Positions 50,943 through 64,000 of a DNA stretch of 64,000 nucleotides are shown piece by piece. Source of the stretch: Dimorphilus gyrociliatus. Its lineage: Eukaryota; Animalia; Annelida. Where the stretch lies: positions 4,087,891 to 4,151,890 of the forward strand of contig CAJFCJ010000002.1 of the NCBI GenBank assembly GCA_904063045.1, in the 5' to 3' direction. The position numbers and the translations under genes were made by a program. Each line of letters starts with the position of its first letter. The first letter of the stretch is position 1. A model generated the notes under the pieces. The model made no database searches. It had not been told where the DNA came from and worked only from the letters and a program-made list of their open reading frames with translations.

Positions 50943-53471
50943 ATGAGTGAGGTGTTGGACACTGTAGATTCAGGTGATTCTGTCACTGATGAAGAGCTAT
51001 CGGATCCTTTTTGTGATCCCAATGATCCTCAAGTCGTACCCTTTCAGGAAGTTAGTGCTGCTGCCTACAAGATAAAGAGTGGTATTGAAAGAACTCCTTG
51101 CACTGTAATGTTCAAATCGAAAATAACGCCATTTGAATGTTAATAATTTTTTTAGAAATCCCATTTGTCAGCAACAACTGGCATAAATATCTACTTTAAA
51201 AGGGAATTTCTGCAATATACTGGAAGTTTTAAGGAAAGAGGAGCAAGATACACGTTGCAAATGCTTTCGGAGGTATGTGTATTCGAGTAGTAAACACAAC
51301 CCTCCTGCTCTCAATTTCATAAATCATGCTCTTTTTTCTTTTGTAAAATAGCTTTTTTGTGACCTTGATCCTAAAAAAAACCCATTATCTCAAAAAAGAT
51401 TAATTTTACTACATATTCTGATCTCTTTAAAAAATATTCAAAAAAAGAACTAGTGTACTTGCTTAATAGAACTCAAGCAGACAGACTTTTGCAAGGAAGG
51501 AGGTGACGGGAGCGGGAGGGGATTTGTAATTATGTAAATATATAAAATCTAGACTAATCTAGTAAATAGAAGGTATTTAATAAAATTTTTAGATATTCAA
51601 CAGACAAACATCTTTTAATCGAACTCGAGACTAAAGTACGATTTTTCGTTTCAAGATCATATATTTATTCTTCTAATTCTGTTACTACTATTCTATTTAT
51701 ACTCCGTTCAAAGGTAGCTACATCGTTAATTCATTGCTCTTATAAGGACTTAATTACATAATATTACGTTCTATATTTAAGTAACCAAAAGAAAATAGTA
51801 CAAACCAATAGCGTCATTCAAACAACATGACTAGCAGTTAAAAAAAAAACAAATCTCCTAGAGGTCGATGACTTTTAGGGTCAATGTATTGTAACATATT
51901 TTTCAAAAACGGTAGTTTTACAAATTAAAACCAATTATTTTTCAATAAAATACTAAGCAAAATGTTATTAAAGATGTATAATCTAAAAATATTAATTTTA
52001 ATATTTTTTCAGGAAAAGAAAAAATTAGGAGTTATAGCCGCATCTGCCGGAAATCATGCTCAAGCTTTGGCATATCATGGCGTAGATTTAGGAATACCAG
52101 TGACAGTAGTAATGCCCATCATAGCCCCAATTATGAAAGTTACCAATTGTAAAAGCTACGGAGCTAATGTTATAGTTCATGGTGCTGATTTGGGTGAGGT
52201 GTGTCACTTATTCTTTAAATTCTAACTGCATATTATTATATCGTTTAATTATAATTACGTAAAATTAATTCTAAACATTATCAACCTCACATGTAAACTA
52301 AAGATGATGAAATAATGAAATTTCTCTAAAGATTGCGTCATGCATTATCTAATGCTTTAGTATTTAAATTGATTTTGGCAAATATCCAAAAAAAAAATGA
52401 ATTAAGTTTATTTCATTCTTTCTAATAACAGTATTCGATATATGAATGATTTTTAGATATATGTAGGATTATATTAATCTTGTTTTCCTTTTATTTTTCA
52501 TGAAAGGCGAAAACTCATGCTCTCAAACTTGCAAAAATCAAAGGATATACATACATCAATGGCTACGATCATCCACATATTATCGCTGGCCAAGGAACTT
52601 GTGGGCTAGAAATTTTGGAGCAGGTATCCGATGTTGACGCCGTTGTTGTTCCTGTAGGTGGAGCTGGTTTAATAGCAGGTATAGCTCTTGCCATAAAGTC
52701 TCTTAATCCCAGTGTTACGGTTATTGGTGTTGAATCGGAAAGATGTGCGAGTTTTAAAGCTGCCTTAGAGGCGGGAAAACCTGTTTATACAAAGGTAGCA
52801 TTATATAAAATTTGGTTTAAAGCACCTCACGGATCAACGTTTTTATAGGTTTCCTCTACGATTGCTGATGGTCTGGCTGTTCCCGTTGTAGGAGTAAATG
52901 CATTCGCAACTGCATCAAAATATGTAGATAAAACTATTGTTGTTTCCGAAGAGTTTATAGCCTTAGCTATTCTACGACTAGTTGAACAAGAAAAAGCTGT
53001 TGTAGAAGGTGCGGGAGCTACCGGTCTGGCAGCTATTTTGGAAGGCAAATTGGACGAATTGAAAGGAAAAAGAGTTGTTATACCGTTATGCGGGGGAAAT
53101 ATTGATACAACAGTCCTTGGCAGATGTTTGGAAAGGGGTTTAGCTGCTGACGGACGGTTAATAACATTCTCCGTCCAAGTGAGTGACAGAGCAGGTGGTA
53201 TAGCTGAATTAACCCGATTGATAGCAAGTATTGGAGTTAGCATAAAGGATATATTTCACGAGAGAGCGTGGCTGAAGAATGACATTTATAGTGTCATTGT
53301 AAGTGTTTTTTGTTTACCTATTTAAATGAGGGTGAAATAAGACTAATCTTCATTTTAATAACACAGAATAAATGTGTTGTGGAAACAAGGGATGAAGATC
53401 ATGCGAAACAGCTTGAGGAATTATTGAAAACTCATTATAGTCACATTAAATTTGGCCCCATACAGTTATAG
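50943..53471 (+). CDS. PLP-dependent L-threonine/serine dehydratase with C-terminal ACT domain; 6 coding exons
   Basis: TGSFKERGA (PLP lysine), ASAGNHAQ, GQGTCGLE, VGGAGL, IADGLAV, VEGAGA, CGGNID and ACT segment SDRAGGIAEL. Confidence 0.95.
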
Positions 53472-53626
53472 CTTGACTGAAGACAATTAAGTGAATCAAA
53501 GACAGTGAAAGTTACACACGCGCGCACACAAGCAAAATTCTGCTCTTCTCTTCAGAGCTCTACTTCAGTTGTCTTTAAAAAATATAAAAAATCTCAAATA
53601 AAATAAATTAATTAAATAAGTTTAAT

Positions 53627-54531
53627 TTACAATTTATTCTGTAGTGTCGATATGATATTTAATAGCTCATTTCTCATATTTTCTACCTCGCTAATATTGA
53701 TCTTACTAACGTCAAATTCTTTTAAATCAAGAAATTGAGACCCAATTACTCTAGCATTACAAATAACGTGAATTCCACAATCGTATGCTGTGTTGGAAAA
53801 ATATTTATGAATAAGTTACAGATTAATTATGCATATAAGTACCATTTGTCTGATGTATGCAAGGAAGTTCCTCAACGTTCAAATTTGTGCATTCTAGAAA
53901 AGAACATTTTTAAGCGAAATTAAGGTTTTAATGAGTTTACGAACTGATTATCTGAGATAAATTCTTGCTAAGCTTTTTAGCTGCAGCAACATTAAAACCT
54001 GGAGAAGAGTCTATATGAAAGAATTGGCGGCTTTTCTGATAATACATCAGTAATGACCAGTGCGTCCCTCCTTCGTGAGTTAAATCCTCTTGATCGTTTA
54101 CTGCCAACAAGATAACTTCTTTGTTACACAAATCAAGAGGTTCTAGAAAAACATTCACTTCACTCTCATCTGGAATTAGAAAGTTTGTAATACTTCAAAT
54201 GTTATATTCAATTGATAGAGTATTAATTTATAGTAAGACACTGGATATTTTAGAATTATTACAACAATACCTGACAATTTAACTAGCTGAGTGACTTCGG
54301 GACTAATAAATATTATTTTGTTGGTTGATTTAAATAGGTCATTTTGAAAATATCTAAAAATAGCGTAGGTATTTTAAATAAAAATTTTAAATTAATCTTA
54401 TTTACACTTTACTCGAAGGCGAAACCAATAATTCTATCGTTAAGCCATGCTTTGCTGTTCAAAATAGTTAGGTCAGATTCTCTCAATATGCTATCACCAT
54501 AACTTAACGTGATACGGTCTTTCGAAGGCAT
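53627..54531 (-). CDS. SENP8: NEDD8-specific protease SENP8/NEDP1; 5 exons
   Basis: LSYGDSILRESD...WLNDRIIGFAFEY, FISPEVTQ, GGTHWSLL, FFHIDS and catalytic QTNAYDCG. Confidence 0.92.
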
Positions 54532-54801
54532 TATAATATATATATATATTTCAATTCTATATAAGTTTAAAAAAAGATATTTGATTTTTTTTTAGATTTT
54601 ATTTTTCCGTTTCCGGTTTGTTCTTACTAAATTACGTAAGTGTAACGCCACATTAATACAACACAGAGATGTAGTAAAGGTACAATTTTGAATAGTCTGA
54701 ATTAGATATTTAAGAAATGTTAGAGCATTAGCACATAGAATTTTTAATATCGTGTTTATAAATTTTTCATTATAACAAAGACTTTATTGGCAGTGGCATC
54801 T

Positions 54802-55708
54802 CTAAGGTACTTTATCAATAATTTCGTGTGGGGAAGCTGTTTCTATCTCGTTTCTCTGATCAATATTTTCATACTGTCCTGGTTGGGTACCTTTAAAAAA
54901 ATTGAGAACGAATATAGAGAGAAATAATATCTGTAAATAAGCAGGTGGCTGAATAGACGAACAATTGAATGTATACAATAGAATTGAAAATACTTTAGAA
55001 AGTATACAAACCGGAAAAATTATTTGATCCAGATATCCCAAAAGCTGTATACTGACCCCCTCTTTCTTGATAAATACGATATAAAACAAAGCCGGTAAAA
55101 GGCTTAATGATTAAATTAATTACGGCCATGGCAAGGCAAAAACGGGCTAAACTATAATTATCTGTTTAAGACAATAAAAAAACAGGTATATTAAATACAT
55201 TGATAAAAATTATTATATAAATATTACTTACAGTTATTTGAATGAACAGATATCATAACAATATCCAAAACGATGCTAACTAATTGAGTTAGTAAACCCT
55301 ACAAATTGATATAATAAATTCGCTAAGTCTTTTTAAATTTTCAATAGGGATTTTCTTTTTCTTGGTATACTTACCATTTGAATAGGTTCTGGATTTTCAC
55401 TGTTAACAATAGCCCAGAATTCAAAAGCCAAAATTACTCCTTGTGTCAACAAGTACGATGTTGGAAAAACGCACATACCAGACCTAAATTCGTACATTTT
55501 AATACAATCAACATAATGTTTATAATGATTATTTTATTAAAAATTAATTTTACTTACCATACTGTTAATACGAAATGAACGGTAAATATAACCTGCAATA
55601 ATTACATATGTTTAATTCAACATCCTCAGCTAATCTTGCCATATGTTGACAGAAAGAATTAGTTCAAGCGAAAAACATTACCTTAAGAGATACTTGTGGT
55701 GCTTGCAT
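54802..55708 (-). CDS. AGTRAP: Type-1 angiotensin II receptor-associated protein homologue; 6 small exons
   Basis: Spliced product MQAPQVSLKVIFTVHFVLTVW...LDIVMISVH...RFCLAMAVINLIIKPFTGFVLYRIYQERGG...YENID follows the AGTRAP pattern and has an intron after the same N-terminal LK. Confidence 0.85.
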
Positions 55709-58664
55709 GTTTTTTTATTTCTTAGACTTTAGCGGATCAGAATAGATTTTGTCTCTGTAATCATCACTTTCGTGTCACGAGACTGGAAAAAGAGCTATCA
55801 CATGACTTTTGAAATATTGGGTGCTACTAAAAACCATAAAGAGAAGATGATAAAAAATTAACGTTGCGAAATAAACCCTTTTTTTGCTTTTTAACAGTAT
55901 TGAAATTTAGTAGAGTATAAATTTCGATTTTATCTTATCTAAAGATAATACTATTTCATACGATTCTAGTGGATATACTTGAAGAAAGTGTTGAATGTTT
56001 AATTCACTAAATTGATGTGATTACTCATATCTTTCTTTGTATAATTCATTCAATTTTATTTTATTAGTTTCTCTTTAGGTAAAAAATGAATTTTATTTGA
56101 CAAAATTTATCGATCGGGAGTCTAAAAATAGATATTGAATCACCTCGTATACTCATGTAGCCTGAATCATAGAGTGGTAATTTAAAATCAGTATTTTACA
56201 TTTAGAGGAGGTAGAGAATCTACTTCTCTAAGCTTATGATAATTATATATGCATATACTGTATATATTAATTTTTATTGATTGTTTAGTATAGTAATAAA
56301 TATTATTAGAAAAAAAATAAGATAACTGTACAAAATAAATAAAACAATTTAATAGGCTTAATTTTACAGTTTACATTCTATTTTCGTATGTAAACATGTC
56401 TGAATTCCTATGGTTTCAGTATGATTATTACCGAGTTTTAACTTCTATGTAAAATTCTTTTAAGAAAAAATTACAATTAAATTCATTCTAATGATCATTT
56501 ACTTTAAAAGTTTGTTTACAAATATAGTTATTTATAGGGCATGTTTATGAAACTATTTATATAGTAGACTATACGATAATAGCTGAATTATAAACATTCT
56601 ATTATATCCTATTCACAAAAAAATATGAGCCGAAACAAAAAATATGTTAACTATTTAAAGTGCTATTAACTCTTTTTTTATTCTTATTTTTATTATCTAA
56701 AAATCAGCTAACAGTTATAGTAATTGCAAAAATTTTGATTAATGATAAATTGATAATATCACATGATATTATATATGAATTTTAAACAAAAAACCCATCT
56801 AATTCTATGATAATTAAATAAACTATTATTCGATTATGTTTTAAAATTGAAGAGGAAACTAATGAAATAAACACAACGGTTTCTTTCATTATTAGTATTT
56901 TTTCCCTTTTAATACGCTTTTCTTGATGATTTTCATTTGAAGATAAAAAGCTAAATATTTAATGAATAATCTTATTCATTTATTAGACTAAATGAGATGA
57001 TTCTTCTCCTAGGATTATTAAGTGGATGAAGAAGCATAAGGAAAGAAACGTTCCGATACTTAAATTGAATAAAGTGTTCTTCTTTTCAGACAGCAAAACA
57101 TTTGAAATGTAACAACGTGTCGCTATTCATATTACCTTTTAATATAAATAAATAGAAAGGATATTAATTCTATTCCAAACGAAGAGTAAGGAGGCTAATG
57201 AATTAAAATAAAGAAAATCATCGATGGAAGAAACTCTTAATCTTTTAAGCACTTGACGTAAAAGAACATGGGAGTTTTCACACAAAAAAGAACAAATTGA
57301 ATAATAAAGTGTTGGAGGAATACTTAAAGTCTATGAGAATATTCTATAAAGAAGATATATTCAAAGTTATTTCAGGAATAATGAAGATGATCCAGAAAAA
57401 ATAGCTCTGATGAGGATAGATGCACACAGAGAGACATCTAGTGGATTAATTTGAATTAATACATAAAATTTAACATAAAATGTGTATAGTTCAAATACTG
57501 TAGAGGTATATGTTTTGTTGTGTTACGTACTTGTTAATAGTCAAAACTAATCATGTCAGATGTGTGTACCTATTTGTTAGCAATTAATTTCTTCTTTTTT
57601 TGTGTTTTTATTTCAGTCCTGTGTTCAGTTTAAAGTTTTAACAGTAGTACCGATAATTTTTATAAACGCTTACCTCATTATATTTTAGTACAACATTAGT
57701 ACTTTTAAACCTTGATATAAGTATTAGAATGAGGCTAAAATATCGATACTCTCGCCATCTATAGACAGTAATTGTTTCCAATAAATAAATACAATGATGA
57801 ATAATACTAAATGTGTTTAGTAGACATATTCGAAGTATTTTTTAAGCTTTAATTTATCCAGAAATAAGATATCAGAGTTGAAAACCATGAAATTTTAAAT
57901 TTAACGGTATCGAATTAATTTCCTAAACGATAAGCTAAACGGGTAAAGAATAAATATTAAGGTAAGAATGTAATCGTAAGAATCTACAGTCTTTACTATA
58001 AAAACATTAATTACAAACTGACCAATAAATTTTTGTATAAAAAGATAAGAAATTTCTTATTAATTTATTAATAATTAATTTCATAGTTTTCTGATAAAAT
58101 TTTGTTCAGTAGGTCAACAGAGAGTTGGCTTATTTTAACATAGTCAATTTTCTAATAAAAGACAATCATCTATGAGAATAAATTGTTCATTTGTTTAGAA
58201 AGATATTATAATTTCAACTTACTTAAATATCGTATATTTATAAGAAATAGAGGTTTTCAGCTTACCATTGAAATATTTTTTAAGTAATGTAACAAAACAA
58301 CAAATATAAACTATAATCTGAATAATAGTGTTATTTTTAGAAAAAGGAATAGCTTTGTTTATTCATTGATCAGACAATGTCAAAATAATAACAATAAACT
58401 TATTATAGGCCTTTTTTCGTATCCTAGTACAATAAAAAAACCAATTAGAGACGTTGAAACAAAAAATATTCAAACAATTTAAGCTTCTTGTTTTTTATTA
58501 TCAAAATAAAAAACAGCTTATGTATATTAATTATAAATTTTTAGATTTTGATAAATTGATAAAGATTTGCAAGTACTTTTTATATTTAAAAAAAAATGGA
58601 ATATATTATACAAAGTCATACCATTGAATGTTGGTAAGCAGACTTGAATATTTAAAGTTACAAA

Positions 58665-59298
58665 ATGAAACTGTTTTCATTAACAATTGTCTCTATACTT
58701 ATTTGTTGTTTTATTTCAAATGTCTACTGTTTACCTTCTCAGGTTTGATATATAACTATCTTTTATAGTAGTTTTTTCTCCAAAATATACGTTTTTCATA
58801 AATGTTTAAATAGGTACTCGGTTTGCTTTGTGATGACGGATCTATTTGTGATAGTGGTGGAGTCTGTTGTTCTTCTGGAGGATGTTGCCAAAAGGAGAGT
58901 AATGTAAATATCTCATTTCAAACCTAATTAATAGAATTTGATTATAATTACTTTTCTAAATACATAATTCAGACCAAATTCCATACATATGTAATTAATG
59001 TATTCATATTCAAATTTGAGAAAATTTCACTTTAAAAACACTTATGTAAAAAAGAAATTATAAAGAACTATTCTCTAAAACTTATCAATTCTATTTTTAA
59101 AATATGTTTAACTTCAACTTTTTCAACAAAAACCTATAGATTTGCTGTTCTAATGAAGACACCTGTTGCTTGAAAGACTTTCCTGTGTGTTGCGGTAAAG
59201 TTTGCTGTGAAGAGAGCGCCGTATGTGATAATGGAGAGTGTAGAAAGGATTTAAAAGTTAAAGTTTCATCAGTGAAAAGATACTTTAAAAGAAACTAA
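58665..59298 (+). CDS. Secreted 16-Cys granulin-like miniprotein A, 108 aa; exons 58665-58742, 58814-58903 and 59140-59298
   Basis: Signal peptide MKLFSLTIVSILICCFISNVYC and Cys pattern C-C-(CC)6-C-C. Both introns are phase-0 GT-AG. Not in the ORF track. Confidence 0.8.
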
Positions 59299-60228
59299 AT
59301 AAACGTTGTTATACTGAGGTCAAATTTCTTTTAAGTAGAATGTCCTAATTTTAATTTAGGATAGATGTCCATATTAATACATATATATCGACATAAAAAG
59401 TTTCTTTGTTATCATTGAACTTTCGATTTTTTGAAATGTGAAGTCAAAAAAATGTTTAATATATCTTTACTCCTGTGAATATGGTTCAAACTGATAAAAT
59501 AGCGGCGACATAATTAGTTCAAGGTTATTGTTACGAAACTTTGAAATTTTCCAGTCCAATCAGTTCAATAATGTCAAAAAAAGTTCTTATCAAGATTTCA
59601 TGATGACTAAATGAAAAAAAATGGAGTATATCAAAAAATAATTATTAATTTATTAAATAGTATATAGTTTCTATGTATAGGAAAGTGTAGAAAAAAATAG
59701 TTAGTACTATAATTTATCATAAGAATTTCGAAAAATATTTAGTCATCTTATATTTATCTCAAATAGTATTGTTTCGTTGTGTTAATATGCTTATTTATTG
59801 TCTTATCAAGTCAATTAAAATCTATTTACAAGTAAGAAATGCCATTGCTCTTTGAGTTCATTCACTTTAGCTTGTTGATTGTTTTTTTAAGGGAAAGCTA
59901 TTTAAAATTTGTTATTGAATTGTTATTTTCTACTCTCCTTTTAATGTTCTAGAGTACAAGCTTCTTAAACAATTATACTTATTGACCTTTAGAGAACTTC
60001 ATTAGAATGTTTTAATCAATCTTCTCCTTTCTATGTTTCAGGTTGATAAGAAATAACTTAGGATTGGTCTGATTAGAAATTCTTTCAGAGTGGTTAAGTA
60101 TTATATAGGTCATCAAATTTTCAACGAAAGTTTAAGTTTAAGAATATTTATTTACAAGACTAGTTGAAGGATGTTGAAAAAAAAAATATATATATATATA
60201 TGAATGCTATAAATGTATAAATGTTCAG

Positions 60229-60737
60229 CTAATGTAATGTTGAATTATTCCTCGAATATTTAGAAAGGGCAGGTATCTTTTTAGCTTGAAATTTTCTTAA
60301 TTCTTCTCCTGGACTGGCGCAAGTGCCGTCGGAACAAAGGTAACCTGAGTTGCAGCACTTTCCCTCGCAGCAAACTGGGAATTCAGATGGACAACACGAG
60401 ATACCATCAGAGCAGCATACCTAACGAAAAAAGTCAACTATTTAGAAAATACGTTTCTCTTTTTTAGTTTATTAAAAAACAAACTCTCGCTGTGGGAGGG
60501 CAACATCCACCATCCTCGCAGCACATTCCACCATCGTCACAGGCTGAGCCATCGTCGCAGAAGACTCTTGCCCCCTAAATAATCATATCTTACATATTGG
60601 TTGCTTTATAACTTACAAATTTATTAATTTAAGCAAAGAAAACAGAGTTACTATTTCACCTTTGGTTTAGATTGTATGTAGCTAAGGACAGCTACCAATA
60701 AAAAAAGTATTAAACAGGTTTTCTTAAGAACATTCAT
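60229..60737 (-). CDS. Secreted 16-Cys granulin-like miniprotein B, 119 aa; exons 60737-60660, 60574-60485 and 60420-60229
   Basis: Signal peptide MNVLKKTCLILFLLVAVLSYIQS. Cys spacing and the first two exon lengths (78 and 90 bp) are identical to paralogue A. Confidence 0.82.
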
Positions 60738-62337
60738 ATTATTACTGTTTGGTGATCAAATTGAATCTGACAGGAAATTTCAAAACTTTTACTTTTTATT
60801 CAAATTTTATCTTATCTGTCAGTATCTTTTACTTAAAATATTTGAATAATTATAGAATAGTCTATTCGATAAGACTCAAAAATTTATGGAATACGATCAT
60901 TAAGTTTAAGAGAAATTACTTTAAGGGCATTTATTATATTCATTACTTTTTAAAAAGCTTATAGCTTCTCAATAAAAGAGAATTTTCAAACTTCTTTCAT
61001 GATTTTAAGTAAATTTGATAATAAAGTAATATTAATGATAACTAAATATGAATATTCATTACTATCAATTCCAACTAATTAGGTATTTGATAAATACTCC
61101 GGGGTACTTTTTATAACAGATTGTCTATTTCATTTTGATTAATTAGGATCTTTAACAATCTAAATGAGATTGGGCTTAATAATTTGCGATGTATGATTAT
61201 GGACTATAATTTATTAGCATGTGATATAAGAAGGACACAAATACCAAGAGTTATTGTAAATGATTCGTACTGATTATATATCATTTAAAAGTATTCTAAA
61301 TTTTTCTACATGTGTTCAAAGAGCAAGTAAGTTTTAATTAAAGAAATACTTTCTTTAAATGATTTCATAAATGCATACTTTTATCAATTGTAAAGCCAAA
61401 AAAAACTTGTAAAAAGTACATGTTAGTTTGTTAAAATGTATTTTTAACACAGGAAGAGATTAAATAAAAAGCATAAATTATATTTGAGTTATTTTTAGTT
61501 TATTGACCTTATTAATGTTTATAAAGTTTAAACAAAAAACTTTATATTTCTTTCCTTTAATAAGATAATTAATAAAAGATAATAAGAAATTAAAAGTGAT
61601 GTTTCCATTTTTCTTCTGAAGAACATGATTGAAAGTTAGTGTTGATACTTATGTTAATTTTGTGGATATTTTATGGAAATTTTCCAGGAAAATTACAGGA
61701 TTAAAAAGCGTAGACGAAAGAAATTAAGAACTTTTGAAGCAGATACTTTTTATTCTTTTCATTCAATAGCTGTTTGGTAACTGTTGAAGATGTTTATTGC
61801 TTATTTCTGAATCTTTAATTTGTACGACTTACTTATTCTTTGTTACTTCTTCATCCTTAAATAGTGTAAGCCTATTGTTTAATATTCTATTGAACGATAT
61901 TTATGATAAATCCTTTCCTTCTTTAAAAAAATTGCGCAATAATTATGACTAAAAGCTTACAAGTATATAGACGCTTTAATTGTTATTGCTTTTGTATTTC
62001 ATTAACATTTAGACTATCTTGTTTATATTACCTTCAGAATGTGTATTAATAATCTACTAACTAAACTGAGTGCTACTAATCAGGAAGTCTTTTAAATTGT
62101 AATCATTAAACAATTACATTATCGCTCAGTAAAAATAATGAATTTTTGTTAAAATTAACTCGGAAAAATATTGAAATATTTTTGTTGTTTTAATTATATA
62201 ATTCTATAATTAATTACTTGAAAAGGAATAGGAAAGAGTTTATTTATTGTTATATAATATTAATAGTATTATTGTCTTGACTGAGGCGACACTGGTATCA
62301 GAAAACTAGGAACTGACAGGTCATTTACAAGAGAAAC

Positions 62338-63690
62338 ATGGCTGAATGCGATTATGTCTGTACACTGGAAGATAAATATATTAAGAAAGCTAAGGATGAA
62401 CTTAATGAAATACCCAGCGATAGATTATCAGCTGTTAAAGCTCTAAGGGAATGGGTTAATGAGCAGAAGCATCTTACATTCAACACAGGTTTGTACTTAT
62501 TTTATCTTTCAAATGCTGCTAAATACTTTTTTTAATTTATGTTTATTAACAGACACGCTAAATTTGATTAGAATTTTGAGACACAGCAAGTTTAGTCAAG
62601 CTAAAGCAAGAGAGACAATTGAGAATGTGGCAAAGTTTATTTCAAAGTCTAGAACCTATTTCTCCAACTTGGATGCCGAAGATGACAAATGTCAGTCAAT
62701 GCTTAGACGAGGGTAACTTTTAATTATTGTTTTGCATTAAACATATCAAATATTGAAAATATATCTTTTTAAATAGTCAGCTTATGCTATTACCTGGATA
62801 TGATGATGATGGAAGAAAAGTAATGCTATATAAACTAAGTATTCAAATTTTAAAGTAGATTTATCAGGCCAGCACTAACACTTTTTCCTACCTTACTTAG
62901 ATATGATACCTTTCGACGAGTACAAGAGAGATTATAAGTTTTCCGTAATGGTAAAAGTCATGAATACTGTATTTATATCCCTGATGGACGATGAAATGTT
63001 TCAAGTCAATGGTGTTGTGATGTTTTTCGACATGACCGGCGTTACTTTGAAAATGATTTCAACATTTAATGACCCAGAGTCTATTAAATACCATAAAGAC
63101 AGTCAGGTATATACAGTATATACATTATATATAATACTTTTTTCTGTAATATTTTTTGGGACTACTAACAACAATGATTTATTATTTTACCTAGAACGCC
63201 CAAGTAGGTCGACTAAAAGGTTTTCATTACTACAATATTGGAGGTCTCTTTGAAGCTATGTTTTCCATGTACAAACCGTTCATGAAGCAGAAGCATAAGG
63301 AAAGGGTAAATTATCTTGAATATTTCTTGAAAGATGACTTCTATAATTTACAATTGGTCTCATATTTAATAGTTACGTGTACATGAAACACTGGAATCAA
63401 TTTATCGATACATTCCCAAGAGAATGCTGCCTAACGAATATTTACCGGATGACTATGACGGACCAAGAGCTGGATCTCTTGTAGAGATTGGAGGTAATGA
63501 ATACACTAGATCTCTTTACTTCGCAAAAGTCTCTAAGTTTAATTGTTTTTCAGCTCAAACAGCGGACGCAATACTTAAAAAGAGAGAGAAAATCCTAGAT
63601 TTTACTGATCCAAAGCACATATCCTATGATGAAAGTAAAAAACCATCAGCTGAACCCCTTCAACATTTTAGAAAACTCAATATTGATTAG
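62338..63690 (+). CDS. CRAL-TRIO lipid-binding protein (clavesin/alpha-tocopherol transfer protein-like); 7 exons
   Basis: KKAKDELNE, LIRILRHSKFS, QVNGVVMFFDMTG, LPNEY and C-terminal FRKLNID. Confidence 0.9.
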
Positions 63691-64000
63691 ATGTATAAGT
63701 AATACATAGTGCAATGATATATGTTCTTTTATTTACAAAAATTAAAATATATTTTAAAACTACTCTATTTTCTTTAACGTTTGAGAATGTTTAGTCATAG
63801 CCATCAATTCTTGACGTGTTCACTTCCAAAACTACAATTGTGACCATTAGTCACCTAATCTATATGGAGTTAGGAAATTTGCCATATTTTTTACGACCAT
63901 ATTTCACAATATGCTTGTGAAAATCGATAAGAAAAGCAGTTTATTTACCTGGGGATACCTAGGCTTAATTATCCTAAAGAAACAATTCATTCTATATTTC

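Noticed and set aside
56990-57460. Possible decayed transposase fragments (FSDSKTF-like)
   Set aside because: Too degenerate, with no terminal repeats and multiple stops.
900-61000. Many 60-110 aa ORFs rich in F/I/L/K/N in the ORF track (e.g. 900, 1289, 3593, 10720, 26945, 35964, 38976, 60749)
   Set aside because: Expected by chance in AT-rich non-coding DNA, or antisense to real exons; no motifs or splice support.
1-64000. tRNA, rRNA, CRISPR arrays or prokaryotic systems
   Set aside because: None seen. The DNA is intron-containing eukaryotic sequence, and GTTCGA strings fall in coding regions or lack cloverleaf context.

Overview
AT-rich, gene-dense eukaryotic DNA from a compact-genome invertebrate. 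Most introns are about 40-110 bp GT-AG, and the gene set is metazoan (BRAF-like Raf, SPSB/gustavus, KIFBP, AGTRAP, SENP8, TMEM45). The taxon cannot be fixed from sequence alone. I reconstructed spliced models by hand for about 20 genes plus one decayed Tc1 element; I saw no tRNA, rRNA or CRISPR features. Left to right: 3' part of a clan-2 P450, an internally deleted IR/DR-type Tc1 element, an orphan single-TM gene, a divergent Rho GTPase, a secreted KR-punctuated (SGDD)n polyprotein, a small glycosylated TM ORF, a FUT8/NodZ-superfamily fucosyltransferase, a GH56 hyaluronidase, an orphan membrane protein, a ~2611-aa adhesion GPCR (2 cadherin-like, FN3, 43 EGF, HormR, GAIN/GPS, 7TM), Raf, TMEM45, SPSB, KIFBP, an F-BAR RhoGAP, threonine dehydratase, SENP8, AGTRAP, two convergent paralogues encoding 16-Cys granulin-like miniproteins (absent from the ORF track), and a CRAL-TRIO gene. 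The best novelty candidates are: (1) the polyprotein predicted to release ten hyper-acidic Ser-Gly-Asp-Asp peptides, (2) the aGPCR with a Notch-scale EGF array, (3) the extended-granulin gene pair, and (4) three phase-compatible exons hidden in the intron that splits the Raf Ras-binding domain. All gene models and family assignments come from manual translation and motif recognition, not from database searches.
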